This document shows, in pieces, positions 37,300 through 46,121 of a stretch of DNA of 46,384 nt (position 1 is its first letter; each line of letters opens with the position of its first letter). Made by a program: the position numbers and the translations under genes. The stretch is from the NCBI GenBank assembly GCA_041739515.1, contig JBGSNS010000013.1, positions 1 through 46,384 on the forward strand, read 5' to 3'. The stretch is from Bdellovibrionota bacterium (GTDB taxonomy: Bacteria; Bdellovibrionota_C; UBA2361). The notes beneath the pieces were generated by a model that saw nothing but the letters and a program-made list of their open reading frames with translations, did no database searches and was not told the DNA's origin.

Positions 37300-38757
37300 A
37301 TGAAAAGATTTGTTTTCCCGTTCTCAGCGCTAGCAATCGCTAGCTGTTCGTATATTCCGTCAGTCGGCCCCTCATACGTAGAGCCTGTAGTAAGTGCTCC
37401 AGAGCACTTTGGCTCCCTTGGCGCTACTCACGAAGCCGGCACCTTAACCGAGCAACCTGTAGTGATCGAAACTATGTGGTGGGATCAGTTTAACGACGAA
37501 ACCCTTAATGAAATAATGGAGCTCGCCACGTCGAAAAATTTCGATGTCCGAATCGCCGAATCAAGAGTTAGAGAGGCCCGTGCACAGGCTGGAGTTACAA
37601 TTTCTCAGATGATCCCATCGATTGATGGCACTGGAGGACTTGCTCGTACAAGGCAGAGTGAGAATTCTTTTTCTAATAACCCGTCAAACAGTTCTGGATT
37701 TGGTAACGACGACATCCGTAATCTTTATAGCGCTGGATTCGACGCCAGCTGGGAAATTGATATCTTTGGCGGTCTTCGCCGAGAGCGCGAAGCTGCGATC
37801 GCGGCGCTTGAAGCGAGCGATGCCAATCTTGCTGACGCTCGAGTGACTTTCTATGCGGAAACTGCGCGGGAATATTTTATAGCTAGATCGCTTCAGAAGC
37901 GTATCGAGATTGCTCGCAAGAACGTTACGACCCAAACCGAAAGTCTTGATCTTGTAAATGCGCGCTTTAACGCAGGCTTGGTTAGTGAACTGGACGTAGC
38001 GCAAGCTCAAACTAGTCTTGAGCAAACCAAGGCTACAATTCCGAACATATCGCAGGAGTACTCAAACTCGTTAAGTCGGCTAATGGTACTGACAGGAACG
38101 GATTTGAATTCACTAAGTGCCGTACTCGCAAAGCGTAAGATTAGCGCTCCGGGTGTAAAAGTCGGAACGCTGCCGGTAACCTTGCCCGTTGGTATTCCTA
38201 GCGATCTTCTAAGAAGGCGTCCGGATATTCGAGCCGCGGAGAGGACGCTTGCTGCCGCAACGGCTAATGTCGGCGCAGCTGTAGCTGATTGGTTTCCTCG
38301 ATTTTCATTCACCGGCTCTTTTGGTGTTCAAAGTGATAATTCAGGATCGTTATTTGAAAGTGATAGTAAAACCTGGTCGGTCGGACCTGCGGTGCGATGG
38401 CCAATCTTTGCTGGTGGACGAATTTTATACAACGTCAGGGTGCAGAATGAGCGTCAAGAGCAAGCGCTCGCACAGTATGAAAAGATTGTGCTATCGGCAT
38501 TTGCTGAAACTGAAAGCTCGCTTTCATCGTATATTCAACAACGCGACCGATTCGATGCCCTTACTCGCGCTTCGATTTCGAGCAACCGAGCCCTTGAGCT
38601 ATCCCAAGAGCTTTATCGTCAAGGCGTGAGCGATTTTCAACGTGTGCTCGATGCACAAAGAAGCGTATTCGTCACTGAAGAAGCGCTCGCCATAAGCGAA
38701 CAAGATTTGCTAACCGGCGTTATCGCGATCTACAAAACCCTGGGTGGGAATTGGTAG
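37300..38757 (+). CDS. TolC/NodT-family outer-membrane efflux lipoprotein
   Basis: Lipobox IASC, VGPSY, WWDQFND, ASWEIDIFG, PSDLLRRRPDIRAAER, YKTLG. Start placed at MKRF (37300). Confidence 0.95.
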   Translation: MKRFVFPFSALAIASCSYIPSVGPSYVEPVVSAPEHFGSLGATHEAGTLTEQPVVIETMWWDQFNDETLNEIMELATSKNFDVRIAESRVREARAQAGVTISQMIPSIDGTGGLARTRQSENSFSNNPSNSSGFGNDDIRNLYSAGFDASWEIDIFGGLRREREAAIAALEASDANLADARVTFYAETAREYFIARSLQKRIEIARKNVTTQTESLDLVNARFNAGLVSELDVAQAQTSLEQTKATIPNISQEYSNSLSRLMVLTGTDLNSLSAVLAKRKISAPGVKVGTLPVTLPVGIPSDLLRRRPDIRAAERTLAAATANVGAAVADWFPRFSFTGSFGVQSDNSGSLFESDSKTWSVGPAVRWPIFAGGRILYNVRVQNERQEQALAQYEKIVLSAFAETESSLSSYIQQRDRFDALTRASISSNRALELSQELYRQGVSDFQRVLDAQRSVFVTEEALAISEQDLLTGVIAIYKTLGGNW

Positions 38758-38776
38758 GCTGCGGCTTACTCCGTCA

Positions 38777-38807
38777 GGACCGCGGACCGCTGGGTGCGTT
38801 TCCAGGG
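38777..38807. repeat. Degenerate solo REP-like arm related to family A
   Basis: GGACCGCGGACCGCTGGGTGCGTTTCCAGGG ends like the family A arm (GCGTTCCCAGGG), 2 nt from the pdxH stop. Confidence 0.45.
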
Positions 38808-38809
38808 AT

Positions 38810-39445
38810 CTACGGCGCCAAACGCCGAATGCTCCACGCATCCCCAGTCAGCGAATACTCGATCCGATCATGCAGTCGGTTTTCTCTTCCTTGCCAAAAC
38901 TCAAATCGACTCGGTTGCAAAATAAACCCTCCCCAGTTCTCTGGACATGGAACTGGTACTCCCTCTGGATACTCAATCAGTTTTTGACTATGCGCTTCCT
39001 CAAGCGCAGCGCGAGAAATCACCTTACTTTGCGGAGAACATAGCGCCCCTAATTGTGAATTCCTCGGACGTTTGGAAAAGTAGGATTCACTTATTTTTCG
39101 ACTAGTCTGAGTAACAGCCCCTTCTATTCTAACCTGACGCTCGATCTCTCCCCAATAAAATAGAAGCGACGCTTTTGGATTGAACGCAAGCTCGCGACCT
39201 TTCTGGCTATCGTAGTTTGTAAAAAATATAAATCCATCCGTATCGAAATGCTTAAGTAAAACAACTCGTGCGGAGGGCTGACCCTCCGCTCCTATCGTTG
39301 ATAGCACCATCGCATTAGGCTCTGGCGGAGTTGCCGCAACGGCTTGGCCGAACCATATGTCGAACTGTTTAAACGGCTCTGCAGCACAGTGCGATTCGTC
39401 CAATGCGCTGTGTTTGTATTCGTAACGAAGGGCTTGAAGATCCAT
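38810..39445 (-). CDS. pdxH: Pyridoxine/pyridoxamine 5'-phosphate oxidase
   Basis: EPNAMVLST, PSARVVLLK, FFTNYDSQKG, RQVRIEG, EFWQGRENRLHDR, RRLAP. Start placed at MDLQ (39445); the longer ORF runs into a repeat. Confidence 0.97.
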   Translation of the reverse strand: MDLQALRYEYKHSALDESHCAAEPFKQFDIWFGQAVAATPPEPNAMVLSTIGAEGQPSARVVLLKHFDTDGFIFFTNYDSQKGRELAFNPKASLLFYWGEIERQVRIEGAVTQTSRKISESYFSKRPRNSQLGALCSPQSKVISRAALEEAHSQKLIEYPEGVPVPCPENWGGFILQPSRFEFWQGRENRLHDRIEYSLTGDAWSIRRLAP

Positions 39446-39451
39446 AATTCT

Positions 39452-39656
39452 CCTGGGAACGCGAGGCGTTGCCTCGCAGTCTAAACGACCCATTTGCAGG
39501 TTCAAATTTATCTATCAAGTCTTAATCAAATACAGCTGCACCGAATGTCTTAGCGATCATAGTTTAGATATAGCTAACGCAAAGAACCACTTTAGACCCC
39601 ACTCCGCTTTCGGCTACTAGGGACAAGCTGCGAGGCAGCGCCTCGCGTTCCCAGGG
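39452..39656. repeat. REP-pair element, family A, copy 3
   Basis: Left arm CCTGGGAACGCGAGGCGTTGCCTCGCAG. Right arm CTGCGAGGCAGCGCCTCGCGTTCCCAGGG. Fills the nrdB-pdxH gap. Confidence 0.92.
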
Positions 39657-39661
39657 AGGGC

Positions 39662-40744
39662 TCACCAGGCTAGGCTACCTGCCGTCTGGTACTCTGTCAC
39701 TCTGGTCTCAAAGAAGTTCTTCTCCTTGCCAAGATCGATCGTTTCACTCATCCAAGGGAACGGATTCTTCGATCCGTACTGAACCTTCAATCCGATGCGC
39801 TCAAGACGGCGATCCGCGATGAATTGTACATAATCTCTGAACGATGGGGCAGAAAGCCCCAAGATTCCACGTGGCAAGCAATCCTCTGCGTATTGAACCT
39901 CAAGCTCTACGGCTTCCTTGATCATCTGAAGCATTTCGTTCTGGAACTCCGGTGTCCAAACATCCGGATTCTCCTCTTTGACTCCGTTTATCAAATCGAT
40001 TCCAAAGTTAAGATGGATAGACTCGTCTCGTAAAATGTATTGGAACTGCTCTCCGACACCGGTCATTTTATTCTGCCGGTGAAACGACAGCATCATTACG
40101 AATCCGCTATAAAAGAAGATCCCTTCCATGATTACATAGTATCCGATGAGGTTCTTTAGAAACTGTTGCTTCCCTTCAAACGTCTCCGTTGTGAACTTCG
40201 GATCCATGATCGAGCTCGTGATATCCATCTCGAACTTATCTTTGTTATGAATCGTATTCACTTCGTTATACATGTTGAACACTTCGCCTTGATTCAACGC
40301 CAAAGATTCACAAATATAGTGAAACGTATGGGTGTGAACGGCTTCTTCAAAAGCTTGTCGAAGCAAATACTGTCTGCACTCAGGGTTCGTAATGTGCTTG
40401 AAAATTGCGAGTACAATATTATTGCCAACTAAGCTCTCTGCGGTGGCAAAAAAGCCTAAATTGCGCATGATTACTCGACGCTCATCCTCGGTCAGATTGC
40501 CGGATTTCCAAAGCTCTATATCCTTGCCCATCGCTACTTCGGTAGGTAGCCAGTTGTTAGCAACACCGTTTAAGTAATGCTCCCATGCCCACTTATACTT
40601 AAGCGGCATCAACTGATTAACGTCTACCTGATTGTTGTTGATCAGGCGTTTCATACTCACGTCAACGCGTTTCTCTGTGCCACCAGCAATCTCTGAACTA
40701 ACTTTCTTATTGTCACTTCCGTTATTATCTTCCCAACCCAACAT
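39662..40744 (-). CDS. nrdB: Ribonucleotide reductase beta subunit, Chlamydia-like class Ic (Mn/Fe)
   Basis: TAESL (Glu ligand), EEAVHTHTF (Phe at the radical-Tyr position), [31 protein letters not shown]. Start placed at MLGW (40744) with GGAGAG upstream. Confidence 0.95.
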   Translation of the reverse strand: MLGWEDNNGSDNKKVSSEIAGGTEKRVDVSMKRLINNNQVDVNQLMPLKYKWAWEHYLNGVANNWLPTEVAMGKDIELWKSGNLTEDERRVIMRNLGFFATAESLVGNNIVLAIFKHITNPECRQYLLRQAFEEAVHTHTFHYICESLALNQGEVFNMYNEVNTIHNKDKFEMDITSSIMDPKFTTETFEGKQQFLKNLIGYYVIMEGIFFYSGFVMMLSFHRQNKMTGVGEQFQYILRDESIHLNFGIDLINGVKEENPDVWTPEFQNEMLQMIKEAVELEVQYAEDCLPRGILGLSAPSFRDYVQFIADRRLERIGLKVQYGSKNPFPWMSETIDLGKEKNFFETRVTEYQTAGSLAW

Positions 40745-40774
40745 ATTTCGTCTCTCCAAAATTTTGTAGATAAG

Positions 40775-43700
40775 TTACTGGCAACTCTCGCAATCACCGT
40801 CGAGGCTACACATAGCTCGCGGCAATTCTGACTTACCTCGAGCTCCACTCTCGGCTTCGCTACCAGCCGGAGTTGTCGTCACCGATACGGTCTCAACCTT
40901 CAACGTAGTAGTGGTAGTTCCAGAAGCGGTATTTACTACCTCCTCCTCAATCCTGCCCACTTGAACGTTTGATGATGCTGATTTGTTCTTCATCCAACGT
41001 GGTTGCATCCCGCGCTTGTTAATATCAAGCGTTGATTTTTCGATCTGTGTCGCCCCAAGTGAGCGTAGATAATAGGTGGTCTTAAGCCCCTTCTTCCACG
41101 CTTCGACGTACATGTCGTGCAACCGCTTACCGGATGGCTGAGCCATATAGAGATTCAGCGATTGTCCCATGTCGATCCACTTTTGGCGACGACTGCCGCA
41201 CTCGATTAACCACTCTGGTTCGATTTCGAAAGCGGTGAGATAGACCTTCTTTACCTCGTCCGGCACCCGCTCGATCTCAAGCAAAGAGCCGTCAAAGTAT
41301 TTAAGATCCTCGATCATCTCATCATCCCATAATCCAAGCCCTTTTAAGGTTTGAACCAAATGAATATTCGGGACAGTGAACTCACCGGATAGGTTCGACT
41401 TCGCGTACAAATGTTTATACGTAGGCTCAATCGACTGAACAACTCCGGTGATATTAGAGATCGTAGCGGTAGGTGCTATCGCCATCGTATTGCTGTTTCT
41501 AAGACCGAAGTCCTTTATGGCCTTCCGAACCGGCTTCCAATCGAGGCGTACCGTACGATCCACATCTAAGTTGCCACCCCGCTCCGCTGCGAGAATATCC
41601 AAAGTATCGATCGGCAGCAGACCGCGGTCCCACTTTGATCCCTTAAAGGTAGAGTAAGCACCCTTCTCTTTAGCGAGCTCAGTTGAAGCTAAGATAGCGT
41701 TATAAGAGATAAGCTCCATGCTCGAATCAGCAAATTCAACCGCCTCTGGGCTAGCGTAACTGATATTCTGAATATACAGAGCATCCTGGAATCCCATGAC
41801 ACCAAGACCGATCGGCCTGTGTCGCATGTTAGCCGTTTTAGCTTCATCTGTAGGGTAGTAGTTAATGTCGATTACATTATCGAGCATTCGCACCGCTGTG
41901 CGAACTGTCTTAGCCACCAATGCCTTATCTAGTCCATTTGGCGTGCAGTGTGCAGATAAATTCACCGATCCGAGATTACACACAGCAGTCTCACTGGATG
42001 ACGTGTTCAATAGAATCTCAGTACAGAGATTAGAGCTGTGCACCACGCCTACATGGTCCTGTGGCGAGCGAAGATTGGACGGATCTTTGAAAGTAATCCA
42101 AGGGTGCCCAGTTTCAAACAACATGCTGAGCATTTTGCGCCACAAACCGACAGCCTCCACGCGCTTGAAGAGTTTCAATTCACCGCTTTCAGCTTTCGCT
42201 TCGTACGACACGTAACGCTCTTCGAACGCCTTACCGACTAGATCGTGCAGATCCGGAACATCGCTAGGGCTAAAAAGAGTCCAATAGCCATTATCCAGCA
42301 CCCGCTTCATGAACAGATCCGGAATCCAGTTTGCGGTGTTCATGTCGTGAGTACGACGACGTTCATCACCGGTATTTTTGCGCAGCTCTAAGAAATCCTC
42401 GACGTCCAAGTGCCACGTCTCAAGGTACGCACACATTGCTCCCTTACGCTTACCGCCTTGGTTCACGGCAACAGCGGTATCGTTTGCAACCTTAAGGAAA
42501 GGAATCACCCCTTGGCTTCTACCATTGGTACCCTTGATGCGAGCGCCAGTTGCGCGCACGCTAGTCCAGTCGTTTCCTAAACCACCGGCCCACTTAGACA
42601 ACAGAGCATCGTCCTGCACGCACTTAAATATGTGCTTTAGGTCATCCATTACCGTCGTCAAATAACAGGAAGAGAGCTGCGGATGCGGCGTTCCTGCATT
42701 GAACAGAGTCGGAGTGCTTGACGTGAAGTGAAATTTTGAGAGCACCTCATAAAACTCAATAGCGCGCTCGTTCTTTGCGTCACCCTCATTAGCGGCAAGC
42801 CCCATGGCTACGCGCATCCAGAAGATCTGCGGAGTTTCCAAACGACGATCTTCGCTATGGATTAAATAACGATCGTAAAGCGTCTGCGCCCCTAGATACG
42901 TAAACTGCAGATCTCGCTCGAGCTTTAAAGCCTTTGAAAGTTTTTCAAGATCAAAGCTCAGCAACGCCTTATCCATACGATCGAGTTCGATCGCTTTCTT
43001 AATAACTGACTTAAAATACGCCTGGTGCGCCGATCCCAGCTTTGTATCATGCGCCGCAACTCCCATAGTTTCGCGATAGATCACATCGAGCAATAAACGC
43101 GCTGCGACGTTGCTATAATTAGGCTCAGCTTCGATCTTAGCGCGAGCCGCCATGACGCTGGAGGTATCGACCTCATGCCACTTTACTCCCTCGTAAAGAT
43201 TCTTGATCGACTCTTCTAAAACCACCTCAGGGTTGGTATCAGCCAAGCCTTTGCAAGCGTAAGAAATTCTACGGCGCAGTTCTCCTTCCGAGATGCTCCC
43301 CACATCTCCGTTCTGGAGCGTCATTTTGAAGATCACCCCTACGTCCTCGATTTTTAGTTGGCGCGCCTCGCCGCTCGAGCCCGAACTACTAGTATGGTTC
43401 GAATGAACAGAAACTTCAGATTCCGATGACGCTATCGATTCCTTCGCTCGCAGAGCTGCACGGGTAGCGCGATATATGATGAAATCCTTTGCCTCTTGAT
43501 AGAGGCCCTCGGCCATCATCTGGCGCTCCACTTCATCCTGAATCAGCTCTACATGAAGCGTCTTACCGTCCTTAACGAGCTCCTGTGCTCGACCTACAAC
43601 TTTGGCGGTGAGCAGATTGACCGCATCAACGATCTCCTGTGGGGTAGAACCGGTAACTTTCCGCGAAGCTCGAATTGCCTTCTCGATCGCAGTGGCGATC

Positions 43701-44224
43701 TTTGCCGGATTAAATCTAACTACCGATGCGCCATCTCTGCGGGTAATTTTTAGATTCAACGGAGAATCTTCACGCAGCGCCTTACGCTCATCGCGATATA
43801 CTATATAGCTGCGGGCTATCTCGTAGTGACCAGCCTCCATTAGCTTAATCTCTACCACGTCTTGAATCGCTTCTACGGTAAGAGCAGCGCCGGATCGAGC
43901 TGAGGTGGCCTGCTCAACACATTCCTGAACCACCTCTTCAGTCACCGACTGCACCATCGAGTGAGTCTCTTGCGGAAGCGCACTGGTATCTGGAATTAAG
44001 AGAACTTCACGGAAAGCAGCTTCAATGGCACTTAGCACTCTGTCTCTACGAAACGGAACGATCATTCCGTTACGCTTCACTACGATAATCTGAGAGAGCC
44101 GCTCGGCGGCTTTCTTATTCAAGGGACCCTTCGCTAGAACGCCAGGGGATCCCGCCGCTTTAGAACTATCCGACCCAGATGAATTTGATCCTGTTGATTC
44201 AGACCCTGATACTACGGAACTCAT
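40775..44224 (-). CDS. nrdA: Ribonucleotide reductase alpha subunit with multiple N-terminal ATP-cones
   Basis: Cones starting VVKRNG and ITRRDG plus a degenerate third. STPTLFN, SSCYL, SNLCTE, AVCNL, APTAT, KTTYY, C-terminal CESCQ. Confidence 0.97.
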   Translation of the reverse strand: MSSVVSGSESTGSNSSGSDSSKAAGSPGVLAKGPLNKKAAERLSQIIVVKRNGMIVPFRRDRVLSAIEAAFREVLLIPDTSALPQETHSMVQSVTEEVVQECVEQATSARSGAALTVEAIQDVVEIKLMEAGHYEIARSYIVYRDERKALREDSPLNLKITRRDGASVVRFNPAKIATAIEKAIRASRKVTGSTPQEIVDAVNLLTAKVVGRAQELVKDGKTLHVELIQDEVERQMMAEGLYQEAKDFIIYRATRAALRAKESIASSESEVSVHSNHTSSSGSSGEARQLKIEDVGVIFKMTLQNGDVGSISEGELRRRISYACKGLADTNPEVVLEESIKNLYEGVKWHEVDTSSVMAARAKIEAEPNYSNVAARLLLDVIYRETMGVAAHDTKLGSAHQAYFKSVIKKAIELDRMDKALLSFDLEKLSKALKLERDLQFTYLGAQTLYDRYLIHSEDRRLETPQIFWMRVAMGLAANEGDAKNERAIEFYEVLSKFHFTSSTPTLFNAGTPHPQLSSCYLTTVMDDLKHIFKCVQDDALLSKWAGGLGNDWTSVRATGARIKGTNGRSQGVIPFLKVANDTAVAVNQGGKRKGAMCAYLETWHLDVEDFLELRKNTGDERRRTHDMNTANWIPDLFMKRVLDNGYWTLFSPSDVPDLHDLVGKAFEERYVSYEAKAESGELKLFKRVEAVGLWRKMLSMLFETGHPWITFKDPSNLRSPQDHVGVVHSSNLCTEILLNTSSSETAVCNLGSVNLSAHCTPNGLDKALVAKTVRTAVRMLDNVIDINYYPTDEAKTANMRHRPIGLGVMGFQDALYIQNISYASPEAVEFADSSMELISYNAILASTELAKEKGAYSTFKGSKWDRGLLPIDTLDILAAERGGNLDVDRTVRLDWKPVRKAIKDFGLRNSNTMAIAPTATISNITGVVQSIEPTYKHLYAKSNLSGEFTVPNIHLVQTLKGLGLWDDEMIEDLKYFDGSLLEIERVPDEVKKVYLTAFEIEPEWLIECGSRRQKWIDMGQSLNLYMAQPSGKRLHDMYVEAWKKGLKTTYYLRSLGATQIEKSTLDINKRGMQPRWMKNKSASSNVQVGRIEEEVVNTASGTTTTTLKVETVSVTTTPAGSEAESGARGKSELPRAMCSLDGDCESCQ

Positions 44225-44403
44225 CTCTTAATCTCCAAAATCGAGTCGTTATAGCCAAGCAAAACGGTAATTTTCAATCTTTCTAGCACCCTACCAACTT
44301 CACCTTACTTATCTAGTGCGGCATCTCGTCAGTTGTCCTACAACTGAGGCACCACAATTCAAGCACCACAAAACCCCGAACTATACGGGAAAACTCCTCA
44401 AAA

Positions 44404-44451
44404 ACGCTACCTATTGTGTTTTAGATGCCTGTTACCCCCCATATATAGGGG
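44404..44451. promoter_or_regulatory. Tandem NrdR boxes upstream of nrdAB
   Basis: ACGCTACCTATTGTGT (44404-44419) matches ACACWATATATWGTGT at 13/16. A second box CCCCCATATATAGGGG lies at 44436-44451. Starts are 32 bp apart, the characteristic NrdR spacing. Confidence 0.8.
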
Positions 44452-44594
44452 TGTGCTTAAACCGTGTCTAGACGATTTAAGTGATCTTTTTTTAAAATTT
44501 TCGCTTGACGTGTTCAAATTTGTTTTTCCCACATAGCCCTCATCAAAAATTGGAGATATCGCCACTTTACTAGGCTCGCGTATATTAAGGAGAG

Positions 44595-45608
44595 ATGGAT
44601 AAAACTTTCGAACAGGATACGATCGTATCGCACAATATTTTAAATTATCTCTTCGCCGGTTATCAGGGCGACTTCACCTATGCAAGCGTTCTCTTAGACC
44701 TCTCTGCAAATCTCGCTATTAAGTTTCCTGATGTTTCCGTAGAGCGTCGCGACGAAGACGCAAAAATCTTAACCAAAGTACTCGAGTGGTTGCAGGGGCT
44801 TGAACGCGGAGATTGTTTGTTTGCATCTAGTTGGACAACCCCGCAAACATTCGACTCGCAAAAAGCGATAAAATGGCTTGAAGAATTAAAAAAGCCGATA
44901 GCCGTCTCCTCTACAAATTTACGTCGAATAGTGCGAGAGCCGGATGTAAGACTTTCGCCCTCAGATTTTGCTGAATTAGTTGCCTCGTTTGCGCGCTTTG
45001 CGTACTCCGGAAAGTTTTACAATGAGGGGATGCTTTACGCTGCGAATCTTTTGGGGCGCAAGGATATCGTTGAAGCACTTAAGGCGCCAATTGACCAAGC
45101 AAACGCTGAGATGAATCATGCCGGATATTTTATTCATCTTCTTAAAACTGAGGGCGTAGAAAAGTTTCCAGCGGACTATTTAGCAGTGTTACTCGATGAT
45201 GCTAAGCGAGCACCTGCGATTTTTAACGCACAGATTCACGATATTAATCAAATTCTAGCCCAGTTTAACGGCGGTATAACGTGGGCCTCAGTCGATTTTA
45301 GCCCCGCAGAAAGCGATCTTTGGATAGCTCAGTTTTTCAAACCGGGCGAAGCGGGTTATTGGCGTGCATACGAAATCGGACCAACTACTGCTAGCGAATG
45401 GCGCAAAGTCGGATTTAAAACTCCCGGAATTGCGGCGGCGTGGCGAGATGCGAATTTCGATCCGGAGACCGCTGCTATCTGGGCTAGCAAAGGTTCCGCG
45501 CCGGCGCTTGCACGCAAATGGCTCGATGCTGGGCATAGCCCGACTGACGCGCTCTCATATATGTCGAAGGGGATTTTGGATCCGGCGAATCTTCCGAAGG
45601 GGGAGTAA
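44595..45608 (+). CDS. Hypothetical protein with C-terminal 13-residue Trp repeats
   Basis: AAGGAG RBS; about 8 repeats of WxxxxFxPxxAxx at the C-terminus. Confidence 0.8.
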   Translation: MDKTFEQDTIVSHNILNYLFAGYQGDFTYASVLLDLSANLAIKFPDVSVERRDEDAKILTKVLEWLQGLERGDCLFASSWTTPQTFDSQKAIKWLEELKKPIAVSSTNLRRIVREPDVRLSPSDFAELVASFARFAYSGKFYNEGMLYAANLLGRKDIVEALKAPIDQANAEMNHAGYFIHLLKTEGVEKFPADYLAVLLDDAKRAPAIFNAQIHDINQILAQFNGGITWASVDFSPAESDLWIAQFFKPGEAGYWRAYEIGPTTASEWRKVGFKTPGIAAAWRDANFDPETAAIWASKGSAPALARKWLDAGHSPTDALSYMSKGILDPANLPKGE

Positions 45609-45637
45609 CTCTAAGAAAAATTGCGGGATGATCCCTT

Positions 45638-45677
45638 AGTGATCCCCACGAATCCTGGCCAATTTTCGCCACGAAGG
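45638..45677. repeat. Family B repeat end (truncated copy) between convergent genes
   Basis: AGTGATCCCCACGAATCC...TTTCGCCACGAAG aligns with 2863-2901 (30/39). Confidence 0.7.
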
Positions 45678-45678
45678 A

Positions 45679-46014
45679 TTAGTACTTCGTCATCGTGGGA
45701 TCGATCTTATCCGCCCAATCCAGTACCCCGCCTACAAGATTTTTAACGTTTGATCTACCTTGGGCGATCAAAAACTCACACGCCTTGCCACTGCGCCCCC
45801 CACTCCGGCAATAGATCACTACCGGAATATCGCTTGGAATTTCATCGAGCCGAGCTGGAACCGTCTTCAATGGAATTACAGTACCCCCGAGCGATGCGAT
45901 CTCAACTTCATGCGGTTCGCGTACATCCACTAAAGTTGGAGATGCTCCTGCATCGATCAGCTGCTTAAGCTCTAGGACTGTTATCTCTGGAACCGTTATC
46001 CGAACGCCGTCCAT
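45679..46014 (-). CDS. Single-domain rhodanese (similar to the MoeB/MoeZ C-terminal domain)
   Basis: LVDVREPHE, YCRSGGRS, NLVGGVLDW..IDPTM..Y. Confidence 0.92.
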   Translation of the reverse strand: MDGVRITVPEITVLELKQLIDAGASPTLVDVREPHEVEIASLGGTVIPLKTVPARLDEIPSDIPVVIYCRSGGRSGKACEFLIAQGRSNVKNLVGGVLDWADKIDPTMTKY

Positions 46015-46043
46015 TTGTACCCCTGAAATGTCAAACTAAATTC

Positions 46044-46071
46044 CCCATACGATAATGCCCATACGATAATG
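46044..46071. repeat. Perfect 14-bp tandem duplication (CCCATACGATAATG x2) in a divergent promoter region
   Basis: Exact copies at 46044-46057 and 46058-46071. Confidence 0.9.
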
Positions 46072-46121
46072 ACAGACTCGACTTCTCGTAGCATGATTCG
46101 AACCATCACAGGATAACTTCT

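Noticed and set aside
39446-39505. 20-aa N-terminal extension of PdxH
   Set aside because: It is largely translated repeat sequence; the start at 39445 gives a typical PdxH length.
9710-39656. Family A repeats as a CRISPR array
   Set aside because: The arms are inverted pairs dispersed over 30 kb, not direct repeats with regular spacers, and there are no cas genes.
322-45968. Numerous 60-150 aa ORFs antisense to, or nested in, long genes
   Set aside because: They are shadow ORFs of well-supported genes and have no independent motifs.
46090-46110. GGTTCGAATC (minus strand) resembling a tRNA T-loop
   Set aside because: The flanks do not form a T-stem or cloverleaf.
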